Of a stretch of DNA of 59,537 bases, positions 42,495 to 53,422 are shown one piece after another. A model generated the notes under the pieces. That model had not been told where the DNA came from and searched no databases. It was given only the letters and a program-made list of their open reading frames with translations. A program made the position numbers and the translations under genes. This DNA is from a virus (lineage: Duplodnaviria; Caudoviricetes): positions 1-59,537 of IMG/VR virus record IMGVR_UViG_3300042154_002141; one strand, written 5' to 3'. Each line of letters begins with the position of its first letter. The first letter of the stretch is position 1.

Positions 42495-42700
42495 CCGATA
42501 GCCCGAATGGAGAAATCCGTTCGGGCTTTGGTTTGCCAGCGGAAATTGAATAATTGAGCTCCGCTCAAAACAGAATAATTAAAAACCTTTTTCAAAAGAA
42601 AAAAGTCGCGACCCTCCAAAGTTGGTATTGACAAATGTCGGTGCTGTGTGGTTAGATTGTTATGTGAGGCAAATAGACAATCTCACAAGGAGAAATACAA

Positions 42701-43021
42701 ATGAGCAATAACGAATTTCAGTTGCCAGACGACGCAGTATCTATCACTTCAAAAAAGGTGAAAGACGCTATCGCTGACTTTGTTCAGGCAAAGGCAGACG
42801 AAAAATCAGCAAAGGAACGCAAGGCACAAGCCGAGCAACTACTTCGCGAGGCTCTTGACAAGGCTGGCAAAAAGGTTGGCTATGTTGGCAAGACCAAAGC
42901 GTTCTCGTTGGTATCTAGCAAGAACACTTCGTTTGACCGAGAGATGTTGGAAACTATGTTTCCAGAGGCTTTCCAAGCCACTCTACGGACAACCGAATAC
43001 GACTACATCAGAACTGCGTAG
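42701..43021 (+). CDS. Hypothetical protein
   Basis: AAGGAG RBS after module 2. Confidence 0.7.
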   Translation: MSNNEFQLPDDAVSITSKKVKDAIADFVQAKADEKSAKERKAQAEQLLREALDKAGKKVGYVGKTKAFSLVSSKNTSFDREMLETMFPEAFQATLRTTEYDYIRTA

Positions 43022-43465
43022 TCGCACCCTCCACAACCTAAGCAAGTTGTAAAACTGCTTACCACCAAGACTTCGCCTTGTAAGTTCAACATTGAGGTAG
43101 TTTCCCCCCAAACTACATTATTCAGAGATGACATTGGCAAGTAACCTGAGCAAGTTAGAAAAAGGCTCTATTCATAGAAATCTCCTTTCTGTAAATAGTG
43201 TGTTGAGGTCGTCTACCGAGGCGTTATGCTTTCTCCTCGGTAGGCGACTAACGCCTTTGAGCGGAAATTGAAAATTGGGCTCCGCCCAAAACAGAATAAT
43301 TAAAACCTTTTTCAAAAAAGAAAAAGTCCGCCGACCTCAAACTTGTATTGACAAATGTCAGGGCTTTCGTTTAGACTTGACTTAGAACCGAGTGAGATAG
43401 AGTAAAGACCTCCCCCTCATTCACTCTCTCACTCGGTTCTACCTATCAACCAACTAGGAGAAAAA

Positions 43466-43621
43466 ATGGCAATCAATTACCGAAGAACTTTTCAGGGTGC
43501 GTGGGAACTTTACGCCTCCGACAAAAACGGATACTTAGTATCTCGTCAGTATTTCTTTTACACCAAGCGTGAGGCAACGCAGTTGTTTCGTGCGGAAATG
43601 AAGAAGATAAATAATGGCTAA
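43466..43621 (+). CDS. Small protein (51 aa), not in ORF track
   Basis: AGGAG RBS; MAINYRRTFQGAWELY. Confidence 0.6.
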   Translation: MAINYRRTFQGAWELYASDKNGYLVSRQYFFYTKREATQLFRAEMKKINNG

Positions 43622-43835
43622 TGTAGTTTTTATTCAAGACATAAATGGCGACACCATTGACGAAGTTCTCTACTGCTCTGACACCTGTGCCAAATCTGAT
43701 GTTTGGTATTCTGGCTGGTATGGCTGTATGGATAACTACACAACCCCGTTCTGCCCAAACTGCCAAACCGCTATGTATTGGACAGACGAAAACACAAACA
43801 CTCACTATCTAGGAAATGAGGAACAAAATGAGTGA
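43614..43835 (+). CDS. Small Cys-rich protein
   Basis: CSDTC, CPNC. Confidence 0.55.
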   Translation: MANVVFIQDINGDTIDEVLYCSDTCAKSDVWYSGWYGCMDNYTTPFCPNCQTAMYWTDENTNTHYLGNEEQNE

Positions 43836-44202
43836 AAAACTAGAAGTAAAAAAGAACTACGGAAGTATCATTATTCCGTTCGCTGTTGATGTAAGAGAGT
43901 TCTGGTCTTGCGTTCTCGGTAGTGGCTGGGAGGAAGGCTCTTGGTGGCAGAAGTGGAAATACAGCGAAGGCTCGGATTGGAACGAACCAGGGTTACTTAC
44001 GCTCTGGTGTGAGGACCCCGAAGATTACGACAAGTTCGTAAAGAAGGAACTCAACATTGATGACCTTGTTCGTGGCTACGCTCTCGCAATCAAAGACGAC
44101 TACCACCACTGCGGGGCAAAGATAGATTGGGAGGACTTGGACTTTTGTGGTTCAGACGCAATCCTTCAATACGCTTTCTTTGGAAAGTTAGTCTACGGAT
44201 AA
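43828..44202 (+). CDS. Hypothetical phage protein
   Basis: D...SDAILQYAFFGKLVYG C-terminus; GAGGA RBS. Confidence 0.65.
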   Translation: MSEKLEVKKNYGSIIIPFAVDVREFWSCVLGSGWEEGSWWQKWKYSEGSDWNEPGLLTLWCEDPEDYDKFVKKELNIDDLVRGYALAIKDDYHHCGAKIDWEDLDFCGSDAILQYAFFGKLVYG

Positions 44203-44401
44203 ACATTCAACGAACAACCCTCAACGAAAGTTGGGGGTTTTTCGTTGCTCGGCGGAAATTGAAATTAGTGCTCCGCACAAACAGAATAATTAAAAACTAT
44301 TTTCAGAAGAAAAAAGTCCGCCGACCCCTACTTGACTTGGAATACGGATTGTGGTTGAATTATTATGTGGATACAACCAACCACAGAAAGCAGAGGGCAT
44401 T

Positions 44402-44848
44402 ATGTCCGAACACGAAAACCCAGAAACACCAACCGAGGAAGTTTCTATTGAAACCCTACTCGCAAAGGTAGCCTCTCTTGAAAGCAACTTGGCTTACAAG
44501 ACCTCGCAGTTTGACCGAGCAATCGCAGACCGCAACGAACTCAAAAGCCAAATCACACAAGCCGAAAATCTTGTCGTTGAGGCTGTCAAGGAAGAAGTGC
44601 TTGACGGCGACAGCGAGTTTGTTACTAGCCTTGCTGAAATCTTTGAGTGGGAACTAACCGAAGAACACTCTGTCAAAATCATCATTGAAGTTACAGGAAC
44701 GATTACCACTCCGCTTGGTAAGTCGCTTGAAGGCTTGGAAGATGAGATTGAAGCCGAAATCTCGCTGTCGTATGACCGCCGAAATGACGGATACGACCTT
44801 GACCTTGACTACGGAACAGAAGTAGAAATCAAAGACCGAGGCTACTAA
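44402..44848 (+). CDS. Acidic hypothetical protein
   Basis: Follows module 4 promoter and leader. Confidence 0.65.
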   Translation: MSEHENPETPTEEVSIETLLAKVASLESNLAYKTSQFDRAIADRNELKSQITQAENLVVEAVKEEVLDGDSEFVTSLAEIFEWELTEEHSVKIIIEVTGTITTPLGKSLEGLEDEIEAEISLSYDRRNDGYDLDLDYGTEVEIKDRGY

Positions 44849-45039
44849 ACCGAACCAGAGCCACACCGAAAGGTGTGGTTTCTGGCTTTCTGGCCAAAAA
44901 TTGAAATTAGGGCTCCGCCCAGACAGAATAAGAAAAACTATTTTCAGAAGAAAAAAGTCCGACGAACCGCTCTTGACGAATGTCAGGCTATCGTGATAAC
45001 CTTGACCTGTGGATACAACCAGCCACAAGGGAGAACACT

Positions 45040-45429
45040 ATGTTATCTGAATACGAATACAACAAAATCATTGAGGCTCTTGGACACGCCGAGCGTAACT
45101 CTCACCCATTCAACCGTTCGTCTTGGCGAGAACTTGCCGAGCGAGCAAAAGCCGAACTTCCATACCTAATGTCGTCAAACGGAGGCAGTTGCCAATGTGA
45201 GGATAGACCCTGTTGCTCTTGCGACAGCGACACCTATCTAACTCCATACAACACCGAGGCAGACCCCGGTGATGTTGCGGACGCTTGGCGTGAGCGTATG
45301 GAGTATGACAATGATGATGATGATGAAGAAGTTTATTGTCACTATTGTAAGCAACTAATCGAAAGCGACAACGAAGATGAGTTGATGAATGGTTTTCACG
45401 ACTTATGCGGAGAAACTCGCGGAGAGTAG
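45040..45429 (+). CDS. Hypothetical protein
   Basis: GGGAG RBS; C.CED.PCC.C. Confidence 0.6.
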   Translation: MLSEYEYNKIIEALGHAERNSHPFNRSSWRELAERAKAELPYLMSSNGGSCQCEDRPCCSCDSDTYLTPYNTEADPGDVADAWRERMEYDNDDDDEEVYCHYCKQLIESDNEDELMNGFHDLCGETRGE

Positions 45430-45612
45430 TCAAGACCCTTAGCCGAAAGGCTAGGGGTTTTTCCGCTGGAAAATTGAAATTAGGGCTCCGCCCAGACAGA
45501 ATAAGAAAAGCATTTTCCAAAGAAAAAAGCTCGCGACCGACCCACGACTTGACTCAAGTCGCGAAGTGTGAAAGACTAGACTTACGGGACAATCCGTAGA
45601 ATGAGGGAACAA

Positions 45613-46116
45613 ATGACAGAGGAAACACAAGAATACAAGGCAACACTAACCAGCGACTGTGTCTGTGAAATCTATGACGAAGAAACAGGCGAGGCAAAGT
45701 TAGACGAGTACGGCTATCCAGAACGACCTGAATGGTGCTATGACTGTTATCGAGAAGAAGTCTTTCAGTTTTACGACAACTTCCTACCTATTTGGCTAGA
45801 ACGCCGAGGCTTGAAAGACGATGGCAAGGTTATGGTTATCGCTGAGAGTATTCGATGGAATCGTACAAACGGAGCAGGTTTCGTTGATGTGTCTGAAATC
45901 CACAAGGTTATGGAAATCGACGGTGACTTCAAGAACAAGTTTACTATCAAGGGTAACGAGTTGTATGCCGTTCGTTATTCTCACGATGAACCGACAGGGA
46001 CAGGCAGGTGGACATTCACGCCAGCCGAGTCTTGCTCGCAATGTGACGGAGGTATTCCTGCCGAAGTCTACGAAGACGAGAACGGTATCTGTGCCAACTG
46101 TAAGGAATACGAGTAG
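45613..46116 (+). CDS. Hypothetical protein
   Basis: GAGGG RBS; SHDEPTG; CxxC pairs. Confidence 0.65.
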   Translation: MTEETQEYKATLTSDCVCEIYDEETGEAKLDEYGYPERPEWCYDCYREEVFQFYDNFLPIWLERRGLKDDGKVMVIAESIRWNRTNGAGFVDVSEIHKVMEIDGDFKNKFTIKGNELYAVRYSHDEPTGTGRWTFTPAESCSQCDGGIPAEVYEDENGICANCKEYE

Positions 46117-46306
46117 TATTCAAGCCGAACCTCTCCGAAAGGAGAGGTGAGGCTGGCTGGCCGGAAATTGAATAATTTGAACTCCGTTCAAACAGAATAA
46201 GAAAAACAAACATCCAAAGAAAAAAGTCCGCCCGACCATACTTGACCGAGGTTGCCGTAAATGGTAACCTTGTAGTGTGGACACAACCAACCATAAGGAG
46301 ATAAAA

Positions 46307-46591
46307 ATGATGAACACTTCCGCAACCAATAAAACTTGGACACAAATCCAAAAGGCAAATCCTACTTGGTTTAGCCCAGAGTCAATGAAGTTTTGGCAAT
46401 CTATCGTCTACTTCGACACCCTAGCCAAGCACGACGACGGCTGGCGTTTTGTGTCAAGCGAAAAAAACTTTGACGGAACTAAAAACCTTTACACCGTCAG
46501 AGTTGCCACCAAACAAGGAATAGAAACTCTTGGCGAGTTTCAGGGATACACAACCCTGAAAGACGCAAAAGAGGCTTTGCTAATCCTCTAA
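46307..46591 (+). CDS. Hypothetical phage protein
   Basis: AAGGAG RBS; WFSPESMKFW..FVSSE. Confidence 0.65.
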   Translation: MMNTSATNKTWTQIQKANPTWFSPESMKFWQSIVYFDTLAKHDDGWRFVSSEKNFDGTKNLYTVRVATKQGIETLGEFQGYTTLKDAKEALLIL

Positions 46592-46796
46592 CCAAAGACC
46601 GCCTCAAGCCGAGCCTCCCCCCAATCCCTCGGCTTGAGGTTTTGGTGCGTGAAATTCTAAATTGCGCTCCGCGCAAACAGAATAATCAAAACCAGAAATC
46701 CAAAAAAAAAAAAAGAACGCGCCGCCTCTCTTGACAGATGTCAGGCAGAACCGCTAAACTGATTATGCGGACACAACCAACCGCGAAGGAGAAACT

Positions 46797-47105
46797 ATGC
46801 TTTCAGCAAGAAACCCAAATGAGTTACCAGACTTCGACTTGTCTCAAGAAGAAGTCAAGAACCTTGTTGCTCTCTGTGGAATTATGGCGATGACCATTCA
46901 CTACGGAGTAGACCCAGATGTTCCAGCAGACGCACTTCCAAAAGACATTGTGGAACACGGCGGAATGCTAGGCTTGATGATGAATGGCATTAGAGCCGCC
47001 GACAAGGCTGGCGAACTAGTCCACAACATTATCGAACGAGCCGAGAAAGCCGAAACCGACAAAGTCAACAAGGCGTTCGAGGAAATCGTAAGTCCGTCTG
47101 AATAA
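46797..47105 (+). CDS. Hypothetical protein
   Basis: AAGGAG RBS after module 8. Confidence 0.65.
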   Translation: MLSARNPNELPDFDLSQEEVKNLVALCGIMAMTIHYGVDPDVPADALPKDIVEHGGMLGLMMNGIRAADKAGELVHNIIERAEKAETDKVNKAFEEIVSPSE

Positions 47106-47459
47106 ACCACCCACCTGAGCAAGTGGCTAAACTGCTCACTACGAGCCAAGACAGTTTTCTAGAATGTGCTGAGACTTGGCGTCTGCTAGTAGACCGCAAT
47201 ACTAGCCGTTGGTAAGCGGAGTGAGGGCTTAGGAGCAATCCGAAGTTGAGACACGAAAAACTATCGCCAGCAGGGGCTATCTTCGGGTAGCCCCTGTGAC
47301 CTACCGCTGAAATTGAAATTCGCGCTCCGCGCAAGCAGAATAACTAAAAACCTTTTCAGAAGAAAAAAACGCCCGCGCCGACCTCTTGTGTTTGACAAGA
47401 CCGCGTAAGTGTGAAAGAATTATTATGCGGACACAACCAACCGCAGAAAGCAGGACACT

Positions 47460-47852
47460 ATGTCCCTAGATTGGAACGCAGAACGCGTCGCTAATTGGAG
47501 CGAAGGCACTGAGGAGTGGAAAGAAAGCGTTGCTTACTTTTGCTACGCACTTATGGCAATCGGAGTGAACAAGGTTACTAAGGAAAACTTAGGCGACATT
47601 TACACCCGTATCAAAATCTGGAACGCCCTTTACGGCCCCGTTCGTTACCGCTACGACGAGGAAACCAAAGTCAAGACTTCGCTCTATGACTACGACTTCC
47701 TACTAAGCGTAATCGGCTACGGAACCAACGTCAGCAACGAAACGTTCGGCCAATGGATAAAGCGTATCGGCAACCGCACCATTGAGGACAGCCAGCGTAA
47801 CTTCGCTAAATCGCTTGAAAAGGCCGAGGGAATAGAACCCGTCGCAGTATAG
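47460..47852 (+). CDS. Hypothetical protein
   Basis: AGGA RBS after module 9. Confidence 0.65.
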   Translation: MSLDWNAERVANWSEGTEEWKESVAYFCYALMAIGVNKVTKENLGDIYTRIKIWNALYGPVRYRYDEETKVKTSLYDYDFLLSVIGYGTNVSNETFGQWIKRIGNRTIEDSQRNFAKSLEKAEGIEPVAV

Positions 47853-48045
47853 CCAACGCCACCTAATCAGAAATGGTTAGGTGGCTTCGGCCATTCGCTG
47901 AAATTGAAATTAGCGCTCCGCGCAGACAGAATAACAAAACCCATTTTCAGAAGAAAAAGACCGCGACAAAATCGGTGTTTGACATACCGCACCGTCTGTG
48001 GAAGAATTGTAGTGTGGACACAACCAACCACAATAGGAGAAATCT

Positions 48046-48384
48046 ATGATTAGCAGATACAGCGAAATCCAATGCGACAGTTGTTCGGTCTTTCACGACG
48101 GCGACCCATTCGCTCTGGTGGAAATCAACGCAAGTATTCCAGAGGGCATCAAAGACTCACAGAAGGCTCGCGAACTGACTTACTTCTGGCTGTGCCGAGA
48201 TTGTAAAGAGGGCTACCCGAACGGTGCTACCGACTTCTTCATCAAGGAGTATTTCACCGAGGACTTGCTTTACCTTTGTAACTACTGTAACGAGTTCATT
48301 CCCGAAGATGTGCGTGACGCTTATGACGACACCGAGGTTTGCCTGACTTGCTCGCCACCGATTGAGGAGAGCGACAATGAGTAA
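48046..48384 (+). CDS. Cys-rich hypothetical protein
   Basis: AGGAG RBS; four CxxC. Confidence 0.65.
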   Translation: MISRYSEIQCDSCSVFHDGDPFALVEINASIPEGIKDSQKARELTYFWLCRDCKEGYPNGATDFFIKEYFTEDLLYLCNYCNEFIPEDVRDAYDDTEVCLTCSPPIEESDNE

Positions 48385-48544
48385 GCCCAAGACCGTCTAT
48401 GTCCTCGGTCGCAACTTCGCAATCATTGAAGTTGTTACCGACTCCGACTACGCCTATGAGTGGCTGGCTCACCCCAGCCGACCTAAGAAGGACGGGTTTT
48501 TTGTAAAAGAAGTCCTACTTGACGAATACCTCACCGCAAGGTGA
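48377..48544 (+). CDS. Small hypothetical protein
   Basis: GAGGAG RBS, overlap with upstream gene. Confidence 0.55.
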   Translation: MSKPKTVYVLGRNFAIIEVVTDSDYAYEWLAHPSRPKKDGFFVKEVLLDEYLTAR

Positions 48545-48708
48545 GGCTATTCGCCGTTCCGGAAATTGAAATTCGCGCTCCGCGCAAACAGAATAATTAA
48601 ATCAAGATATCCAAAAAGAAAACCGCGCCGGCAGCCACACTTGACCGCCGCACCCTGTCCGGCTAGACTGGACTTAGGGGAAGGCTTCCCCGGAAAAGAG
48701 GTGAGAAG

Positions 48709-48945
48709 ATGACCACGACACTAAGAAAAGCAAGAACCCTCGTAACCGCTATTGCCGTAGACCGCACCCAGGAGGACAGCGACTACCTACCAGAAGGCAA
48801 GGTTGTCCAACTAACTCTATCAACTCACGTTGAGAGAGGCGGGATTATCTCGTCAAGCGACACCGCTTTTTCGCTAGAAGAAACGATTGAACTAATCGCA
48901 AAACTTTCTTCGGCGTTAGAGAAAGCAACAACTTTCACCGAGTAA
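48709..48945 (+). CDS. Hypothetical protein
   Basis: GAGGTG RBS after module 11. Confidence 0.6.
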   Translation: MTTTLRKARTLVTAIAVDRTQEDSDYLPEGKVVQLTLSTHVERGGIISSSDTAFSLEETIELIAKLSSALEKATTFTE

Positions 48946-49138
48946 CCAAAGACCAGCCAGCTGCTTTCAGCAGGTGGCTGGTTTGGTTCGCTGCCGGAAA
49001 TTGAATTAGCGCTCCGCGCATACAAAATAATTAAAACCGGAATCCAAAAAAGAAAACCGCGCCCCGGGGGTTCTTGACATACCTAGCCATCTGTGAAAGG
49101 ATTGAGGTGTGGATACAACCAGCCACACAGGAGAAATA

Positions 49139-49513
49139 ATGAAGAAAGCACTAGTAGTCCAGACCGACGGAAAATCGGAAATCGTTGAATTCAACAACGA
49201 CAACTCACTCGCAGTTTTACAGAAAGCCGTTGATGGTTTGATACAGCCCGTAGATGTTCGACCACCGAACCTAACTATGTGGTGTAACGAGGAAGGCTTA
49301 TTCCGCAACGACTTCACCGAAAACTTTATGGCAACTGCCATTTACGAAGATGCCGTTGGCGTAGAGAACCAATGTATCCTCGGTCCTGTCGTCTTTACAG
49401 GCGGAACAGACCCAGAGGGATACACCGAAGGTTTGAATGACCAAATGCTAGAACTAGTAATGCGAATGGCAGAAGTCCAGCGACAAGCACTCGAACAACT
49501 TTACAAGGAATAG
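49139..49513 (+). CDS. DUF3846-like protein
   Basis: LQKAVDGLIQ, MWCNEEG, N.MAT, ILGPVVFTG..G.TEGL. Confidence 0.7.
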   Translation: MKKALVVQTDGKSEIVEFNNDNSLAVLQKAVDGLIQPVDVRPPNLTMWCNEEGLFRNDFTENFMATAIYEDAVGVENQCILGPVVFTGGTDPEGYTEGLNDQMLELVMRMAEVQRQALEQLYKE

Positions 49514-49697
49514 CCAAGAGCGACCTGCCCGAAAGGGTAGGTCGTTTGGCATTTGAAAATTGAAAATTGAGCTCCGCTCAAACAGAATAAAAGAACCCTT
49601 CTCAGAAAAAAAAGTCGCCGCGGTCAGCCTACTTGACTAACCTCACTATCTATGAAAGACTTAGAGAGCGGATACAACCAACCGCAGAGGAGAACCT

Positions 49698-50285
49698 ATG
49701 TTTGATGTCTACAAAGCACGAACCCACTTCCTAGACGACAGCGTTGATAGCATACCAACGCACAGAGTTTTGGAAACGCCAGCCGATAACAAAATCCTTA
49801 TGCCCTCGCAGTTTGTCAAGTATGACTACCCAAAGCCGAGAGATTACGGACAAATCGGCGGATACAGCAAAACCGCCGAACCACTAAAAATCGCTCTTGT
49901 TGATAACGACTACGAGTGGAGGGTTGCTGTTGAGAATTGGATAGATAGCGATTTGTTCATTCGTCAGCCGTTCGGTCTGGAAGAACTTATCCGCAGACCG
50001 AGAGCCGAGCGAGGTAGATACCGACTTCACTACGCTAGGTTTGTGTTGCCAAGCGACAACTACCGCGGAGTGCCTAGTTGGAGTAAGTATTGGTCTGATT
50101 ACTTCTTTGCCTACTACTTCAACAGAAATGGTGAGCGACTATTCATTCACGAAACCGTCGTGGAGGTTGCTTTCAATGATGCCCCTATCTCTTGGCACAA
50201 CAGCAAGCGAGCCTACACCATTCCGCAGGATTGGCTGACCAATCGCATAGACGAGAACAGGCACAAATACGACTTGTTCGCCTAG
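49698..50285 (+). CDS. Hypothetical protein
   Basis: GAGGAG RBS after module 13. Confidence 0.65.
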   Translation: MFDVYKARTHFLDDSVDSIPTHRVLETPADNKILMPSQFVKYDYPKPRDYGQIGGYSKTAEPLKIALVDNDYEWRVAVENWIDSDLFIRQPFGLEELIRRPRAERGRYRLHYARFVLPSDNYRGVPSWSKYWSDYFFAYYFNRNGERLFIHETVVEVAFNDAPISWHNSKRAYTIPQDWLTNRIDENRHKYDLFA

Positions 50286-50474
50286 CACCGAGAGCCTAGC
50301 CCGAAAGGGTTAGGCTTTTCGGCGTGCCGTGAAATTGAAATTTGAGCTCCGCTCAAACAGAATAAGAAACCCCTGAATCCAAAGAAAAAGCCGCCGCGGC
50401 TCGGTTCTTGACTTATGTCAGGCTGGCGTGATAACCTAGGTATGCGGATACAACCAATCCGTAAGGAGATAAAA

Positions 50475-50831
50475 ATGACCACACCCAAAAAACAAGAAGG
50501 CATTGACGAAGTGTTGCTTGCCGTTAGTGAGTTTATCGCCAATGGCGGAACGCTCACCGCTGAAAACTTTGACGACTTCGCGAAGTCATTTGAGCCAAAG
50601 CCAAATCCGTATCTTGAGTATTCGCTAGACACACTTCGCGAAGTATCTAGGATTTACACTTCCTCAATGGATTTAGGTAAGACGATTGTCGTTGATGAAG
50701 TGGAATACACCTACGCCGAGGCTCTTGCTTTTGTTGATGACGCAATCGCTCACCGACAAGAAACCGACTTTTGTCCCCACGATTGGTTTATTCACCAAGA
50801 AGGTCTGTGCGGCTATTGTGAAAGCGAGTAG
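50475..50831 (+). CDS. Hypothetical protein
   Basis: AAGGAG RBS after module 14. Confidence 0.65.
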   Translation: MTTPKKQEGIDEVLLAVSEFIANGGTLTAENFDDFAKSFEPKPNPYLEYSLDTLREVSRIYTSSMDLGKTIVVDEVEYTYAEALAFVDDAIAHRQETDFCPHDWFIHQEGLCGYCESE

Positions 50832-51037
50832 ACGAGAGAGCCAGCCGAAAGGTTGGCTCTTTCTTCGTGCCGGGAAATTGAAATTGGAGCTCCGCTCAAA
50901 CAGAATAACAAAACCAGGAATCCAAAAAAGAAAATCCGCCGCGGTCGCTTAGTATTTGACTTGGCTGCCCCAATCGTGATAGGCTCGTAGTGTCCAGCCC
51001 GCAAGGGGAAGCCTCTAACAAATCGAGAGGAGGAGAA

Positions 51038-51238
51038 ATGACCAAGTTTGTTTTTGCGAAAGCACAAGGCGAAGGTTTTCTCCGAGTAGATAAGAACGAG
51101 TTCAAATTCGTTACTGCCTACCGAGCATTTGCCAAGCACAACGATTTCGTCTGGTTAGACGAATACGACGCCAGCGACTTTCTAGTTGAGTTGCGTCAGC
51201 GTGGAGTGAAGTTTGAAGTAGTTCAGACCGCTCTCTAA
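51038..51238 (+). CDS. Hypothetical protein
   Basis: GGAGGAG RBS. Confidence 0.6.
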   Translation: MTKFVFAKAQGEGFLRVDKNEFKFVTAYRAFAKHNDFVWLDEYDASDFLVELRQRGVKFEVVQTAL

Positions 51239-51299
51239 GTTCCACAACCCGAGCAAGTTGTAAAAAGGCTCACCACAACCAAGAAGAAAAGAGAAACAA

Positions 51300-51449
51300 A
51301 TGGCAACGATAATCCATACTCTCGCTATGCTTTCAGGAGATACCACCGTTCCGGCGGACTTGCTTTCTGAAAACGCCGAGTTGGTAAAAATGGTTTCAGA
51401 TGGAAAATCATACAGAGAACTCTTAGAGTTCATCAACGAAAATTGGTAA
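51300..51449 (+). CDS. Small protein (49 aa), not in ORF track
   Basis: MATIIHTLAMLSG..FINENW, followed by terminator. Confidence 0.5.
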   Translation: MATIIHTLAMLSGDTTVPADLLSENAELVKMVSDGKSYRELLEFINENW

Positions 51450-51628
51450 TCACTGCCCCCTAACTTCGGTTAGGGGGTTTTTCGTTGAAATTGAAATTTG
51501 AGCTCCGCTCAAACAGAATAAGAAAACCAGGAATCCAAAAAGAGAAACCGACGCGACCATCCTTGACTTGTCTTGCGATGTGCCGTAGACTTGAAGAGCG
51601 GAGCCAACCAATCCGCAAGGAGAAACAG

Positions 51629-51916
51629 ATGAACCACGAAATTATCGACACTTGGTATGAGTCAACCAACGACTACCGAGCCGCTTGTAGTTGCGGAGCA
51701 ATCTTCGCTAACGATGCTAGAAATAGTCTAGAGCACATCATCGCCGTAGTCAAAAGTGAACTTTCTCTTGCTACCGACTTCTACAAGTCAATGGCACTAG
51801 ACGATGACCTAGATGCCAACTACCGCCAGACTCAGTTTGAGACTGCTTGCGACATCACCGACCGCGTGTTCAATAAAGAAGAAGGCACTACACTCGACGA
51901 GCACCGAGACGAGTAA
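51629..51916 (+). CDS. Hypothetical protein
   Basis: AAGGAG RBS after module 16. Confidence 0.65.
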   Translation: MNHEIIDTWYESTNDYRAACSCGAIFANDARNSLEHIIAVVKSELSLATDFYKSMALDDDLDANYRQTQFETACDITDRVFNKEEGTTLDEHRDE

Positions 51917-52118
51917 AAGACCACCTAGCCCTGCTACTTGAAGGAAGTAGTGGGGCTAGGTTCTTGCGGCCGGAAATTGAAATTTGAGCTCCGCTCAAAC
52001 AGAATAAGAAACCCCTGAATCCAAAGAAAAAGCCGGCGACGCTGCGGTGTTTGACTCGGCTCACCCGACAGCGTAGACTGGAAGAGCGGACACAACCAGC
52101 CGCAAGGAGAAGATACAA

Positions 52119-52418
52119 ATGTCCACCAAAACGACATTTTCAGACCTAACTGAAAACCCACCGAAGAACGCCGACAAGGTTGCCTATCTTGCCGAATGGT
52201 CTACCAACTACGACGCACGAAAAGGAACGCCGTTTATGTTGTTCCTCGACCTAATCGGTTTCAGCGAAGAGTATTTTGGCACTACGCAGACCACCATTCA
52301 CAGCGAGATTACTGGCTTTCTTGAGGCAGGACTAATTGGCGAAGCACTTGTCCAGTTTTCCGACCACCCGCAAGATGTAGTGAACTACTGCCAGCAACTT
52401 GTAAACGCCGAGCAGTAA
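52119..52418 (+). CDS. Hypothetical protein
   Basis: AAGGAG RBS after module 17. Confidence 0.65.
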   Translation: MSTKTTFSDLTENPPKNADKVAYLAEWSTNYDARKGTPFMLFLDLIGFSEEYFGTTQTTIHSEITGFLEAGLIGEALVQFSDHPQDVVNYCQQLVNAEQ

Positions 52419-52621
52419 CCCCAAGACCGCCCTGCCACTTTCCCCCAAGTGGCAGGGCTCTCGGCGTGCGGCCGAAAATTGAAATTGAGCTCCGCTCAAA
52501 CAGAATAATTTTCTTTTGTTGTCCAAAGAAAAAAGCCCGCGGTGACCTCCTTGACCAATGTCACCCTGTTCGGCTAAACTGAAAGAGCGGAGCCGACAAA
52601 TCCGCAAGGAGAAAACACCAG

Positions 52622-52894
52622 ATGAACGATGACAACACTACCCAAACAGAGCGGAACGCCGTCTTTGCTGTGGAGGCTCTAGCCGAGGTCTTCGGCAGAG
52701 AACTCCGCTCGTACGAGTACGACTTCTTTCTCGTCAAGTGCTTCAACCACCCAGAGATTGACCCACTTGCGACCAAGTGCCTCACCGAGCCTGTCCACTA
52801 CGCGGAGCAGAACTTTGAGAACCTTCAAGCAAAACTCCGCGAGTTGTTTCTTATCCGCCGACCGAACAGCGACCCAGAGACTCCGCCGTTCTAG
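52622..52894 (+). CDS. Hypothetical protein ending DPETPPF
   Basis: AAGGAG RBS after module 18. Confidence 0.6.
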   Translation: MNDDNTTQTERNAVFAVEALAEVFGRELRSYEYDFFLVKCFNHPEIDPLATKCLTEPVHYAEQNFENLQAKLRELFLIRRPNSDPETPPF

Positions 52895-53422
52895 CCAAGA
52901 CCGCCCTGCCACTTCCCCCGAGTGGCAGGGTTTTGGTTTGCTCGGTGGAAATTCAATTTGGGCTCCGCCCACGCAGAATAACTTTGCACCCCGTTCTCGC
53001 TCGGTTCGCAAGCTGCCGCGATCTTTGCGGCTCGATAGCTGAACGCTCCTTCGTCGCTTTTCAGCCTCGCCGCTGCAGACGCCGGCAGCGCGCTCACCTC
53101 TCGCTCGGCTCCCCGGCTGCCGCGATCCTCCCAGGCTGCGAGCTGCCCGGCTTCGCTTCGCTCAGACAGGGCAGCGCCTTGCCTGGCTCGGACGCTGGCG
53201 GCCGGCTCGCTTGTCGCCGGACTGCGTACCGAAATTGAAATTCGCACTCCGTGCAAACAGAATAACTTTCTTCGTTCTCTGAAGAAAAAAGCGCCGACCC
53301 TGCCGTTCTTGACTTATCTCACCATCTATGGCAGACTAGACTTACAACTGAATAGCGAGGCTCGCTACCCCCCAAGGCGAGCCTCGCACCACCCATCTGT
53401 TCACGAACAAAGGAAAATCCTT

